Of a stretch of 64,000 nt of DNA, positions 8,372 through 17,816 are shown one piece after another (the stretch's first letter is position 1; the number at the start of each line of letters is the position of its first letter). A program made the translations under genes and the position numbers. The notes beneath the pieces are model-generated. The model saw only the letters and a program-made list of their open reading frames with translations, did no database searches and had not been told where the DNA came from. This stretch comes from Acidobacteriota bacterium. Its GTDB lineage: Bacteria > Acidobacteriota > Thermoanaerobaculia > Multivoradales > UBA5704. The stretch covers positions 32,001-96,000 of the forward strand of contig JBDTZG010000005.1 of NCBI GenBank assembly GCA_040005235.1, read 5' to 3'.

Positions 8372-10930
8372 ATGCGATCCATATTCCAGAACATCCGCCA
8401 CGGCACTCGGCTGTTGGCCAAGCGCCCCGGCTTCACGGCGATGGCCGTTCTCGTTCTCGCTTTGGGCATCGGCGCCAACACGGCGATGTTCAGCCTGGTC
8501 AACGCGTTTCTGTTCAAGCCGCTGGTGCTGCACGCGCCCGAGCAGATCGTCGGCCTCTACAGCAAAGACGTCAAACGGCCGGACAGCTACCGCGCCTTCT
8601 CTTATCCCGAATATCGCGAGATCCGCGCCTCCAACAAGGCTTTTTCCAGCCTCATGGCGCACAACATGGCGATGGTCGGCCTCTCCGAAGGGGAGTCGAC
8701 CCGCCGGGTGTTCGCGGACCTCGTCTCCGCCAATTATTTCGAGACGCTCGGCGCGCCGCTTTCGCGCGGACGGGCTTTCACCGCCGAGGAGGAACGGCCC
8801 GGCAGCGCGATCCCGGTGGCGATCCTCAGTAGGTCGTTCTGGGAAAAGAACGGCGCCGATCCCGATCCGCTCGGCAAGCCGCTGCGGATCAACGGCAAGG
8901 TCTACACCGTCGTGGGGATCACCGCCCAAGGATTCACCGGCACGACGGCCTTGGTGACCTCCGACCTCTACCTGCCGCTCGGGATGTACGAGTCGGCGGT
9001 CAACGACTTCGAGGGGCGCGCGAGACCGCTTTCCGCGCGCGACAACCACGCGTTGATCGTCGTCGGCCGCCTGCGCCCCGGGCTGAGCCTCGAAACCGCC
9101 GACGCGCAGCTCGCCGCCACTTGGGGCCAGATGGACAAACCCCTGCCGGACGACAAGGACCAGGCCCTGGTCGTTCAACCTCTCTCCCGCTTGAGTGTCT
9201 CGACCCAACCGACCGACGACAAGGATTTGCGGGTTCCCTCGCTGCTGATGCTCTTCCTTTCGGGAATCGTCCTGCTGATCGCTTCGGGCAACGTCGCCAA
9301 CATGATCCTCGCGCGCAGCAACGCGCGCCGCAAAGAGATGGCGATTCGCCTGGCGCTCGGCGCCGGCCGATCGCGGATCGTGTCGCAAGGGTTTATCGAA
9401 GGGCTGGTGCTCGCCTTTCTGGGCGGCGCGCTGGGTCTCGTCTTTGCCTATTGGGGCACCTCGCTCCTGGTCCGCTCGCTCTCGGCGATCGCGCCGATCC
9501 AGTTGGTTTTCTCCGCCGTGCCCGATCCGCGGGTGCTCGCCGCGACGCTCGGTTTTTGCCTGTTGAGCACCGTGCTGTTCAGCCTGGCGCCGGCCTGGAA
9601 TCTGTCCCGGCCGAACATGACCACCCAGCTCAAGTCCGACGAGAAGACCGGCACCGAAGGAGGCAAGGATCGCCGCCTGCTCTCGCGGCGCAATCTGTTG
9701 GTCGTCGGCCAGCTCTCGCTTTCGTTGATGCTGCTGTCGATCGCCGGGCTTTTCATTCGCAGCTCGGTCGAAGCCGCGCGGGTTGATCCCGGGTTTCGTA
9801 CCGACCAGGGGTTGATCGTCGAAGTCGATCCGAGCCTCGCCGGGTACGACAAGGCCCAAGGCGCGGAGGTCACCCGGAGGCTGGTCGAACGGCTGCGCGC
9901 GGTGCCGGGGGTGGAATCCGCCAGCCTGGCCGCGACGGTTCCTTTCGGCATGGTCTCTTTGGGGCGGACGATCCAGCGGGCGAGCGATCCGGCGAGCGAC
10001 GCCAAAGATCCGGCCAAGAAGGACGCCCTGGTCAACTGCGGTTTCAACGTCGTCGGCACGGACTACTTCAAGACCCTGGGGATCTCCGTGCTGCGCGGGC
10101 GCGAATTTCAGGAGAGCGAGACGTTGGGGAGCGGCAAACCCGGTTCCGCCGCTTCGTCGGCGCCGGGCGTCGCGGTGATCGACAAACTCGCCGCCGAACG
10201 GCTGTGGCCGAAAGCCGACGCGATCGGCCGGCGGATTCGCCTGGTGGAAGGAGAGGCCGGCACCCCGGCGCGTGAGGTCGAAGTGGTCGGAGTCGTCGGC
10301 AACGTTCGGGAGCACATCATCGGCAGCAAGCCTCAGCCCTGGCTCTACGTCCCGTTCGGCCAGGTGACCCAATCGGACATGAACGTCCACCTGAAGGTCG
10401 CCGCTCAAGGCCCGGAGGCCGAAAGGCGTCTGCTCGACGCGATCCGGCGCGAGGTCCGCGCGGTGGACGCTCGCCTGCCGGTTTTGGCCTTCCGCACGAT
10501 GCGCAGTCATCTGGAGGCGAGCTTCGACATCTGGATCGTCCGCACCGCGGCTCGGATGTTCACTCTGTTCGGCGTGATCGCCCTGCTGCTCGCCGCCGTC
10601 GGCCTGTACGGCGTCCGGGCCTACACCGTTGCGCGGCGAACGCGGGAGATCGGCATCCGCATGGCGATCGGGGCGAGCGCGGGCGACGCCCTGCGCCTGA
10701 TTCTGCGGGAGGGGCTGCTGCTCACCGCGATCGGTTCGAGCGTCGGCCTGCTGCTCTCGCTGGCGCTCGGCAAAGTACTCGCCGGGATGCTCTATCAGGT
10801 CAGCTTCGCTGACCCGATCGTCTTTTCGGTCACTCCGCTGCTGCTCGCGTTCGTCTCGCTTCTCGCCTGCTACATTCCGGCGAGCCGGGCGGCGCGCATT
10901 CAGCCGATGGTAGCGCTGCGCAGCGAGTAG
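8372..10930 (+). CDS. ADOP-family duplicated MacB/FtsX-like ABC permease
   Basis: KRPGFTAMAVLVLALGIGANTAMFS, two FtsX halves (RRKEMAIRLALGA; RTREIGIRMAIGA) and the terminus PMVALRSE. GGAGG RBS before ATG 8372. Confidence 0.93.
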   Translation: MRSIFQNIRHGTRLLAKRPGFTAMAVLVLALGIGANTAMFSLVNAFLFKPLVLHAPEQIVGLYSKDVKRPDSYRAFSYPEYREIRASNKAFSSLMAHNMAMVGLSEGESTRRVFADLVSANYFETLGAPLSRGRAFTAEEERPGSAIPVAILSRSFWEKNGADPDPLGKPLRINGKVYTVVGITAQGFTGTTALVTSDLYLPLGMYESAVNDFEGRARPLSARDNHALIVVGRLRPGLSLETADAQLAATWGQMDKPLPDDKDQALVVQPLSRLSVSTQPTDDKDLRVPSLLMLFLSGIVLLIASGNVANMILARSNARRKEMAIRLALGAGRSRIVSQGFIEGLVLAFLGGALGLVFAYWGTSLLVRSLSAIAPIQLVFSAVPDPRVLAATLGFCLLSTVLFSLAPAWNLSRPNMTTQLKSDEKTGTEGGKDRRLLSRRNLLVVGQLSLSLMLLSIAGLFIRSSVEAARVDPGFRTDQGLIVEVDPSLAGYDKAQGAEVTRRLVERLRAVPGVESASLAATVPFGMVSLGRTIQRASDPASDAKDPAKKDALVNCGFNVVGTDYFKTLGISVLRGREFQESETLGSGKPGSAASSAPGVAVIDKLAAERLWPKADAIGRRIRLVEGEAGTPAREVEVVGVVGNVREHIIGSKPQPWLYVPFGQVTQSDMNVHLKVAAQGPEAERRLLDAIRREVRAVDARLPVLAFRTMRSHLEASFDIWIVRTAARMFTLFGVIALLLAAVGLYGVRAYTVARRTREIGIRMAIGASAGDALRLILREGLLLTAIGSSVGLLLSLALGKVLAGMLYQVSFADPIVFSVTPLLLAFVSLLACYIPASRAARIQPMVALRSE

Positions 10931-10961
10931 AGAACGAAAACCCGACACCAAGGAGCACCTC

Positions 10962-11480
10962 ATGTCCACCGACCCATTGATCCAAGATCTTTCCACCCTC
11001 TTCCTTCGCGACCTCGACGGCCTTCGGCGGGAGATCGAGCTCTATCCGGACGACGCTGCGCCGTGGGCCGAGATTCCGGGCCTGCCGAATCGCGGCGGGA
11101 CGCTCGCGCTCCATCTCGCGGGCAACCTGCGCCATTTCGTCGGGACGATCCTCGGGGGCAGCGGCTACGTGCGCGATCGGGATCTCGAATTTTCGGCGCG
11201 CGACGTGCCGCGAGCCGACCTGCTCGCCAAGGTCGCGACGGCGCGGCAGGAGGTCGAAGCGGGCCTCGCCGTGCTCGATCCGTCCGTGCTCGACAAGGAC
11301 TACCCGCTGCCGCTCGGCGGGCGGACGATCTCAACCCGTCAGTTCTTGATCCACCTGGCGGTGCACCTGACCTTTCATCTCGGTCAGATCGATTATCACC
11401 GCCGGGCCTCCACGGGGGACGCAACGTCGGCCGGGGTGATTCCGCTCTCGGCGCTGGGGCGCGCAATTCCGGCCGGGTAA
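10962..11480 (+). CDS. DinB superfamily protein (DUF1572-like)
   Basis: NRGGTLALHLAGNLRHF, YVRDRDLEF and HLTFHLGQIDY metal-binding His motif. Confidence 0.85.
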   Translation: MSTDPLIQDLSTLFLRDLDGLRREIELYPDDAAPWAEIPGLPNRGGTLALHLAGNLRHFVGTILGGSGYVRDRDLEFSARDVPRADLLAKVATARQEVEAGLAVLDPSVLDKDYPLPLGGRTISTRQFLIHLAVHLTFHLGQIDYHRRASTGDATSAGVIPLSALGRAIPAG

Positions 11481-11614
11481 GCTTTTCTCAGGGGTCGGCC
11501 GCCTCCGTCCGGCGGCCCTGCCTATCTCTGATGACAGCTCGCTTCAGAGGGGCGCCGAGGGCAGGCCTGCCTCCCCCCGGCGTCACCTTTCATCTGCTTT
11601 AGAGGAGGGAGGCC

Positions 11615-11630
11615 GGGCATCGGCCTTGCG
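11615..11630 (+). promoter_or_regulatory. Sigma-54 (-24/-12) promoter of the DP-EP-like gene
   Basis: GGGCATCGGCCTTGCG: GG at 11616-17, N10, GC at 11628-29, with TTGC -12 box. Confidence 0.6.
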
Positions 11631-11683
11631 GTAGGGTGTCGCATCCGTCGGAACCGTCACCCAGCGCAATCAAGGAGGGCCCC

Positions 11684-12133
11684 GTGATTTCTCCCATAGC
11701 GACGACCTACGAGCACAACATCATCGTTCCGATTGCCGTCATGCCACCGCTGGTCCCGGGCAAGGATCCTCAGTTGGTTTGCCCGGCGTTCATCGTGCCT
11801 CCGGGGGACTGGCTGATCGTCTGGAATCTCGTGACCATCCGTCAGCCGGAGATCGCGAAGGCAACCTTTCCGGCTGAGAAGGGCATCGCCCTAATGTATG
11901 GACAGGGTCAGAATTTCGATTGGTCCCGGCGCATCTCGGAGACTCAATGGGTGGCGTCGGTCGGGAACGGTCCGAAAACGGCGATGGCCAAGGTGTTCCC
12001 GCTCTCTTACGTGGTGAGCTTTTACTATCCCGCGCCGGGCTCGAACAAAAAGGTTCGCTACACCACAAAAGACCGCGGCGTGATCAGCCACGACCCGACG
12101 ATCGTGGTGTCGCAGGACCCGATCGACGGATAG
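11684..12133 (+). CDS. DP-EP-like protein (C-terminal HDPTIVVSQDP motif)
   Basis: AAGGAGG RBS before GTG 11684. Beta-rich-looking 149-aa protein ending in DP-x6-DP, reminiscent of the DP-EP (DUF1888) family. Family call is tentative. Confidence 0.6.
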   Translation: MISPIATTYEHNIIVPIAVMPPLVPGKDPQLVCPAFIVPPGDWLIVWNLVTIRQPEIAKATFPAEKGIALMYGQGQNFDWSRRISETQWVASVGNGPKTAMAKVFPLSYVVSFYYPAPGSNKKVRYTTKDRGVISHDPTIVVSQDPIDG

Positions 12134-14828
12134 TTTCCGGCGTCGGAAACGTCGGGTCGGAGCGCAGGGGATCGAACCAGGAGAACGCGAACCAGCGCGG
12201 ATCGAGACCCTGCGCCTCGGCCCTTCGGGCATGGAACAGCGCGGAGCCCCGGTCGCCGATCACGATGTAGACGACCGCCGCTTCGAATGCCAGTTGGGCG
12301 TTGTCGGGAGTGAGGCGCAGCGCCTTTTGAATCGTCTCGATCGCCGGATCGGTCTGGCCGAGATGCGCCCGGGCTTGGGCCTGGATCGAGAGCATCGGCC
12401 AGTTGCCGAGGGTGGCCTCTCGTTCGGTCGAAGTGAGCAGGCCGCGGTAGAGATCGCGTGCCTCTTTTTCGCGGCCCAGCAGGGTGAGGCAATCGGCGAG
12501 ATTGAGCGCGGCGGAGGGATCGAGCGGTTGGAGAGCGAGCGCGCGCCGGAAGCTCTCCTCGGCCTCGGAATAACGGCGCAGCAGTAGAAACGCCAGGCCG
12601 AGGTTGGAAAGCGATCCGGCGTCCGGTCGCCTAGCGACCAGCTGTTCGAGCAGGACGATCGCGCGTTGCGGATTGTTCAGCAGCTCGATCTGCGCCAGCG
12701 TTCGCAAGCCCTCGACGTTGCCCGGCGAGCGTTCCAACAGCTCGGCGAGATGACCGCGCGCGGCTGGCAGCCGCCCCGAGCGATACTCCGTGTTCGCCAG
12801 GATCAACAATGTTTTCCAGGAAGGCTGCATCCGTGCCGCGGCGGTCAACAGTTCGATCGCCTGCGGACCGTTGCCGCGCCGCTCGGCGAGCTGGCCGCGG
12901 CGGCGCAGCGCGGCGGCTGGATCCATCGGCTCGAACGCATCGAGCACCTTTTGCGCTTCGTCGAGATTGCCCGCCTGAAGCTCCAGATCGAACAAGCTGG
13001 CGAGCGGGCGCGGATCGTCCGGAGCGAGGCGCTGCGCCTGGCGGGCGAGGTCCAATCCTCGATCGAGATAGCGGCGCTCTCCGGTCTCTCCGAAACGGCG
13101 AACCGCAACGCTCGCTTCGAGAGAATAGATTTCGATCATCGCGGGCGCGCGGGAGCGCAACGCGGCCAGGTCGCTCAAGAGCCGGTCTTGGTCCGGGTCT
13201 TGGACCAGGCGTCGACGGAGGGCCAAATAGCGGGAGAAATCCTTCTCGTCGATGGCGAGCGCCTGGGTTTCGAATCGCGGTTTCCGGTCGGGATATCCCT
13301 CCCGGATCGAAGCGCTGATCGCCTCGGCAAACAGGCGCGGCCGCGAGGGGGGAAGCTGGAGCGCCGCGGTCCACAGCACCCTGCCGTCGCCGCCGCTCAG
13401 TCGGCGGAGGCGGACCTGGCAGAGATCCGCGGCGCAATCGGCTTGCCCGGTGACCACCTCGCCCGCCGCCACTGCGCGGGCGATCTGAGGTGTCGAGCCC
13501 GAGATCGCCTTGACCTGTGCGGATTCAACCGCCGCGACGCCATCGAGCGCGGCGAGGGCGCGCAGAATCGCGGCCTGCAGGTTGGCGGCGATCAAGGCCC
13601 GCTCCGGCTCGGGATCCGGGCCGCTGATCTTCGGTTCGATTACGGCGACGTAGATCGGCGGAGCGACGGGACGGCTGCGGAGGTAGACGAATAGGCCGAA
13701 GCCGATCACGGCGGTGAGAACGATGGACGTCGCGGCGAGGAGTGTGGTGCGAAACCGGGATTGGTTCTTCGGGCTGAGGGCATCCGCAGAGAGCGAAGCG
13801 GCCCTAGCGGCGGAGCCCGATTCCGTTGATTCACAAAGCCCTGCGGCGGCCAGCTCCGAGAGGATCTCTCGCGCGTTCGCGGGTCGCTCGGCCGGGGTTT
13901 TGGCGAGGCAGCGCCGGACGATCCGGCCGAAGGCGGGCGGCAGGTCCGGGCGGATCGCTTCAAGCTGTGCCGGCTCCTCGTAGAGGATGCGATGAACCAT
14001 CCCCGAGCGCTCGCCGCCGAACGGGCGTTCTCCGGCGAGCATTTCGTGAAGCAGCACGCCGAACGCCCAGAGGTCGCCCTCCGGGCCGGTCTCCTTGGGG
14101 CTTCCCCCGCCGAACGCCTCGGGCGGCATGTAGGCCGCGGTGCCCACGGCGAGACCCAGCTCCGTCAGCGGCGCGGCTCCCGCGGAGCGGGCGAGGCCGA
14201 AATCGAGCAGCTTCAGCCGCCCGTCGGGCAGCACCATCACGTTCTCCGGCTTCAAGTCGCGATGGACGATGCCGGCGGCATGGGCGACGGAGAGCGCAGC
14301 GGCGAGCTGGCCGGCGATCGAGACCGTTTCTGGGATCGGCAGTCGGTGCATCGGCTCTCGCGCGAGCCGTTCGGCGAGGGTCACCCCGTCGTAAAACGCC
14401 ATCGCGATGTACCGCCGGCCCTCGTGCTCGCCGATCTCGTAGACGGTGCCAATGTTCGGATGATCGAGCGCCGCGGTCGCACGGGCCTCGCGCCGAAAGC
14501 GCTCCTCGTCGCGCGCCGTCCGGGCGTTGGAGTGGCCGAGGAATTTGAGCGCCACGATCCGGCCGAGATCGAGATCGACCGCCCGATAGACCACCCCCAT
14601 CCCGCCGCGGCCGAGCGGCGCCACGATCCGGAAGTGGGACACCTCGCGCCCGAGCAGAGGATCGCCGTCGGGCTCGTCCTCGAAGGGCTCCGTGCGCTTC
14701 GAGTCCGCCATCGTGGGCAACCGAGACGCTTCGGCCGACACGAGCGGCAGCTCGGCACCGCAGGCGGCGCATCGGGCGTCGAACTCCGAGTTGCTCTGGC
14801 GGCACGCCGGGCAGACGACCGCCGACAT
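12084..14828 (-). CDS. Membrane Ser/Thr protein kinase with N-terminal zinc ribbon, TM helix and C-terminal TPR region
   Basis: CPAC..CAAC, GRGGMGVVY, VALKFL, HRDLKPEN, DFG and YMPPE; TM LLAATSIVLTAVIGFGLFVYL; TPR-like repeats. Start overlaps the upstream stop (TGATG). Confidence 0.92.
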   Translation of the reverse strand: MSAVVCPACRQSNSEFDARCAACGAELPLVSAEASRLPTMADSKRTEPFEDEPDGDPLLGREVSHFRIVAPLGRGGMGVVYRAVDLDLGRIVALKFLGHSNARTARDEERFRREARATAALDHPNIGTVYEIGEHEGRRYIAMAFYDGVTLAERLAREPMHRLPIPETVSIAGQLAAALSVAHAAGIVHRDLKPENVMVLPDGRLKLLDFGLARSAGAAPLTELGLAVGTAAYMPPEAFGGGSPKETGPEGDLWAFGVLLHEMLAGERPFGGERSGMVHRILYEEPAQLEAIRPDLPPAFGRIVRRCLAKTPAERPANAREILSELAAAGLCESTESGSAARAASLSADALSPKNQSRFRTTLLAATSIVLTAVIGFGLFVYLRSRPVAPPIYVAVIEPKISGPDPEPERALIAANLQAAILRALAALDGVAAVESAQVKAISGSTPQIARAVAAGEVVTGQADCAADLCQVRLRRLSGGDGRVLWTAALQLPPSRPRLFAEAISASIREGYPDRKPRFETQALAIDEKDFSRYLALRRRLVQDPDQDRLLSDLAALRSRAPAMIEIYSLEASVAVRRFGETGERRYLDRGLDLARQAQRLAPDDPRPLASLFDLELQAGNLDEAQKVLDAFEPMDPAAALRRRGQLAERRGNGPQAIELLTAAARMQPSWKTLLILANTEYRSGRLPAARGHLAELLERSPGNVEGLRTLAQIELLNNPQRAIVLLEQLVARRPDAGSLSNLGLAFLLLRRYSEAEESFRRALALQPLDPSAALNLADCLTLLGREKEARDLYRGLLTSTEREATLGNWPMLSIQAQARAHLGQTDPAIETIQKALRLTPDNAQLAFEAAVVYIVIGDRGSALFHARRAEAQGLDPRWFAFSWFDPLRSDPTFPTPETIRRSGPATPRSSGRG

Positions 14829-16339
14829 CACCTCTCCTCGGCGCGATGACGGGCGAGCAGCTTTTGCAGATAGCTCCGGTGGAGGCCCGATTCCCGGGCG
14901 GCGCGCGAGACGTTGCCGTCGGTCCGGCGCATCAGCTCGGCCACGAACCGCCGCTCGATCTCGGCCACTCCCGCCTCGCGCGCTTCGGTGAGAGCCTCTC
15001 CCGTCAGCTCGCGGAACTCCGGTTCGGGGGTAGGCCCTTCGCCGGCCGTTTGCGCCATCTCCGGCGGCAGAAGCGATAGATCGAGCTCTGGGCCGCGGGC
15101 CAGCAGGCACGCCCGTTCCACCGCGTGGGACAGCTCGCGGATGTTGCCCGGGTAGTCGTGAGACAAAAGAGCGCGCTCGGCGCGCAGCGTGAACCGCGGC
15201 TTCTCGCCCGGCCGCCGCCAATGATGGCGCAGGAAGTGATCGGCGAGCAGCAGCAGGTCGCCCCGCCGTTCGCGCAGGGGAGGAAGGGTTAGGTCCAGCA
15301 CCTTCAAGCGGAAATAGAGGTCCTCGCGAAACTTCCCCTCGCGCACCAGCGCTTTCAAATCGCGATGGGTGGCGGCGACGATCCGCACGTCGACCTTTTC
15401 GGTCTTGTCCGTGCCGAGCCGTTGGATCTCGCCGAACTGCAGGAACCGCAGCAGTTTCGCCTGCGCTTCGAGCGGGATCTCGCCGATCTCGTCCAGAAAC
15501 AGCGTGCCGCCGTGGGCCGACGCGAGCCGTCCCGGCCGATCGCGCTTGGCGTCGGTGAACGCCCCGGCGACGTGGCCGAACAGCTCGGATTCGAGCAGCG
15601 TTCCGGGCAGGGCGGAGCAGTGGACGGTGACGAACGGCCGGCCGCGGCGCCCGCTGTTGACGTGGAGCGCCTTGGCGATCAGCTCCTTGCCCGTGCCGGT
15701 CTCGCCGAACACCAAAATGGGGGCGTCCGCCGCCGCCACCTGCGTCACGACTTCGAGGATCTCGATCATCCGCGGATCGCGGGTCACGATGCCGGCGAAA
15801 TCGTGCTGTGAGAACAGATCGTTCTCCAGGGCGCGATGCCGCCGTCGAAGCGTTTCGCGTTCGCTCGCCCGAAGGAGAAACAGGCCCGCGACCTCCGCCA
15901 GATGGCCGAGAAACTCGCGGCTCTCCGGGTCGAAGCTGTCGATCCGCTCGCGGTTTTCGAGATAGATCACGCCGTAGACCTCGCCGTCGTGGCGCAGCGG
16001 CGCGACCAGGGCGCAGCAGCGGCCGATCAGCAGGGCGCTTTCGCCCGAGCGAAAACGGTCGTCGTCGATCAGATTCGGCAGGTAGATGACCCGGCCGGTC
16101 TCGATCGCCTCGCGGACCAGGGTCCGGCTGTAGCGCCGTTCCAGAGCGGAGCGCTCCTCGCGCTCGTAACCGACGTCGAACTTCTGGTGGAACGAACCCT
16201 CCTCGCGCACCACCACGAAACCGGTCTCGGCTCCCGTGCGCTCGACGATCCGCGAGAGCAGCAGCTCGGGAGCCCGCTCGTCGTCGGGCTCGGCGAGCAG
16301 AAGCTTCGAGATCTGGAACAGCTCGCGGTAGACATCCAT
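14828..16339 (-). CDS. Sigma-54-dependent Fis-family activator (GAF + AAA+ + HTH)
   Basis: GAF-like N-terminus (LVAPL...GVIYLEN), GETGTGKE, ESELFGH..GAFTDA, GTLFLDEIGE, FREDLYFRL, YPGNIREL, GNVSRAARESG. Confidence 0.93.
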   Translation of the reverse strand: MDVYRELFQISKLLLAEPDDERAPELLLSRIVERTGAETGFVVVREEGSFHQKFDVGYEREERSALERRYSRTLVREAIETGRVIYLPNLIDDDRFRSGESALLIGRCCALVAPLRHDGEVYGVIYLENRERIDSFDPESREFLGHLAEVAGLFLLRASERETLRRRHRALENDLFSQHDFAGIVTRDPRMIEILEVVTQVAAADAPILVFGETGTGKELIAKALHVNSGRRGRPFVTVHCSALPGTLLESELFGHVAGAFTDAKRDRPGRLASAHGGTLFLDEIGEIPLEAQAKLLRFLQFGEIQRLGTDKTEKVDVRIVAATHRDLKALVREGKFREDLYFRLKVLDLTLPPLRERRGDLLLLADHFLRHHWRRPGEKPRFTLRAERALLSHDYPGNIRELSHAVERACLLARGPELDLSLLPPEMAQTAGEGPTPEPEFRELTGEALTEAREAGVAEIERRFVAELMRRTDGNVSRAARESGLHRSYLQKLLARHRAEER

Positions 16340-16410
16340 CAGCGGTTCATCTCGATACCTGCCTCCGATCGAATGCATCTGTCTCTGGAGCAAGGCGGAT
16401 CTTAGTCGAA

Positions 16411-16434
16411 GCGCGACGGGAAATCCCGTTGCGC
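16411..16434. promoter_or_regulatory. Inverted repeat, candidate enhancer (UAS) for the activator
   Basis: GCGCGACGGG-AAAT-CCCGTTGCGC (one mismatch), about 100 bp upstream of the sigma-54 site. Confidence 0.4.
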
Positions 16435-16501
16435 CGGCCTTCCAGGGGTGCCATGGGACGGTGGCAGGGCGGAGCGTCGCGATTGCCGCCGAAATGAGTG
16501 G

Positions 16502-16514
16502 AATCAGAGGTTTA
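16502..16514 (+). promoter_or_regulatory. IHF-type binding site
   Basis: AATCAGAGGTTTA matches WATCAR-N4-TTR and lies between the putative UAS and the -24/-12 element. Confidence 0.55.
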
Positions 16515-16530
16515 CGGGATGGCGGGCCAC

Positions 16531-16547
16531 CTGGCACCCAGCCTGCT
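16531..16547 (+). promoter_or_regulatory. Sigma-54 (-24/-12) promoter of the aegerolysin gene
   Basis: CTGGCACCCAGCCTGCT: TGGCAC -24 box with GG-N10-GC spacing. Confidence 0.75.
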
Positions 16548-16627
16548 CTAGGAAGAGTTTGTCGAGACGATCGCACCGCGAAGCTCAAGTTCTACGACAA
16601 ACCATTCAACCTGAGGGAGAGAACGCC

Positions 16628-17026
16628 ATGATCACCGAATCGAACACCGCCGCCCCGACCGCCGCGCCGATCCTCAAGTACGAGTACCTCCAGGTGCGGG
16701 CGACGGTGATCAATTTCACCGGCCAGACGATGGAGGTCACCGGTTCCGACCTCTCCTGGGGCAAGTGGATCAACAGCCCGGGGAACGTGCCCGCCAACGA
16801 CGAAAGCTCCTTCGGCTCGCAGGGCCGCGACAGCTCTCCCTCCGGCACCGAAGGCTGGGCGACCTGGAAGATTGGCAGCGCCACGATCAAAGTGACCTTC
16901 TCCTGCCCCCTCCACGGCTCGAACCAGCAGAGCATCTCCTGCACCTCGACGGACTACGTCGTAAACGTCTCGGGCACCGGCGGCGACGTCAACTACCTCA
17001 AGTTCACCGTCAAGCCGAAGAAGTGA
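16628..17026 (+). CDS. Aegerolysin-family protein
   Basis: 132 aa; LSWGKW, SQGRDSSPSGTEG and FSCPLHGSN match the aegerolysin pattern L.WGKF...GR..SPSGTEG...W.CP..GSN. GAGGGAG RBS. Confidence 0.85.
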   Translation: MITESNTAAPTAAPILKYEYLQVRATVINFTGQTMEVTGSDLSWGKWINSPGNVPANDESSFGSQGRDSSPSGTEGWATWKIGSATIKVTFSCPLHGSNQQSISCTSTDYVVNVSGTGGDVNYLKFTVKPKK

Positions 17027-17216
17027 GCCTCAAGCCGGACCCAAGATTTCAGTAAGACGGCGGCGCGGTTAGCCTCTCGAAGAGGCGCCCGCCGCCGCAG
17101 CTCGTCCTGCGGCTTTAACCCGCCCGGGGATGTAACGCCCAGGCCCATGGATCGCCCTAAAGCACAGAACCTCCGGAGCGGCAAGTCACTCGCCGCGTGG
17201 AGCTGGAAGGGGCGGA

Positions 17217-17816
17217 ATGGCGGAAGCAACGAAGCGGACGGACGGCATACTGATTCTGGAGATCCGGGCGAGACGCGGTGCTCGGGTGGTCGCCCTCCGT
17301 GGGCTGCTCACGAAGCTCGTCGTCGGCTCGACGGATGGCGCGTCGCCTCTGTTCGCCCGGCGCATCGCGATCGATAGCCGCGACAAGGCACCGTTCGAGT
17401 TTCGCGTTCCGGTTCCGGCAGGGGAGTACGACACGCTCACCCTGGGGTTCGCTGAGCTGGTGCTCACGACGGTCTATGGAGGGGAGGAAAGGGTGGCGCT
17501 CGCGCGGTGCGAATCCACCTTCGCCGTCGCGCTCAAGATCTCGCCTGAGGCTCCGGCGCGCGCGATTCTCTCCCTCTACATGGACGGACTTCGCCGCGCC
17601 AAGACACCGGGCGATGTACTGGTTCCTGCGGCGCCGCCTGAGATCGATCACGCAAACGACGGGCCGGCGTTTGAGGTGGCGAGGGGCCAGAACGCGACGC
17701 TCTCCTTGGAACGTGCGGCCTTCGAATTCGGGTCGCGGTTGTCGGCCGGCGCAACGCGAGTCCTGCACCGGGCGCCAAACTTAAGCGCTCCGCGGGCGGC
17801 CTTGCGGGTGGCGTAA
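17217..17816 (+). CDS. Hypothetical protein
   Basis: 199-aa ORF with protein-like composition; no motif recognised. Confidence 0.5.
   Translation: MAEATKRTDGILILEIRARRGARVVALRGLLTKLVVGSTDGASPLFARRIAIDSRDKAPFEFRVPVPAGEYDTLTLGFAELVLTTVYGGEERVALARCESTFAVALKISPEAPARAILSLYMDGLRRAKTPGDVLVPAAPPEIDHANDGPAFEVARGQNATLSLERAAFEFGSRLSAGATRVLHRAPNLSAPRAALRVA

Noticed and set aside
8252-10996. 914-aa minus-strand ORF and similar long antisense ORFs (346-1557, 2515-4275, 34972-36987, 46997-48646)
   Set aside because: Shadow frames of recognisable high-GC genes with no protein motifs.
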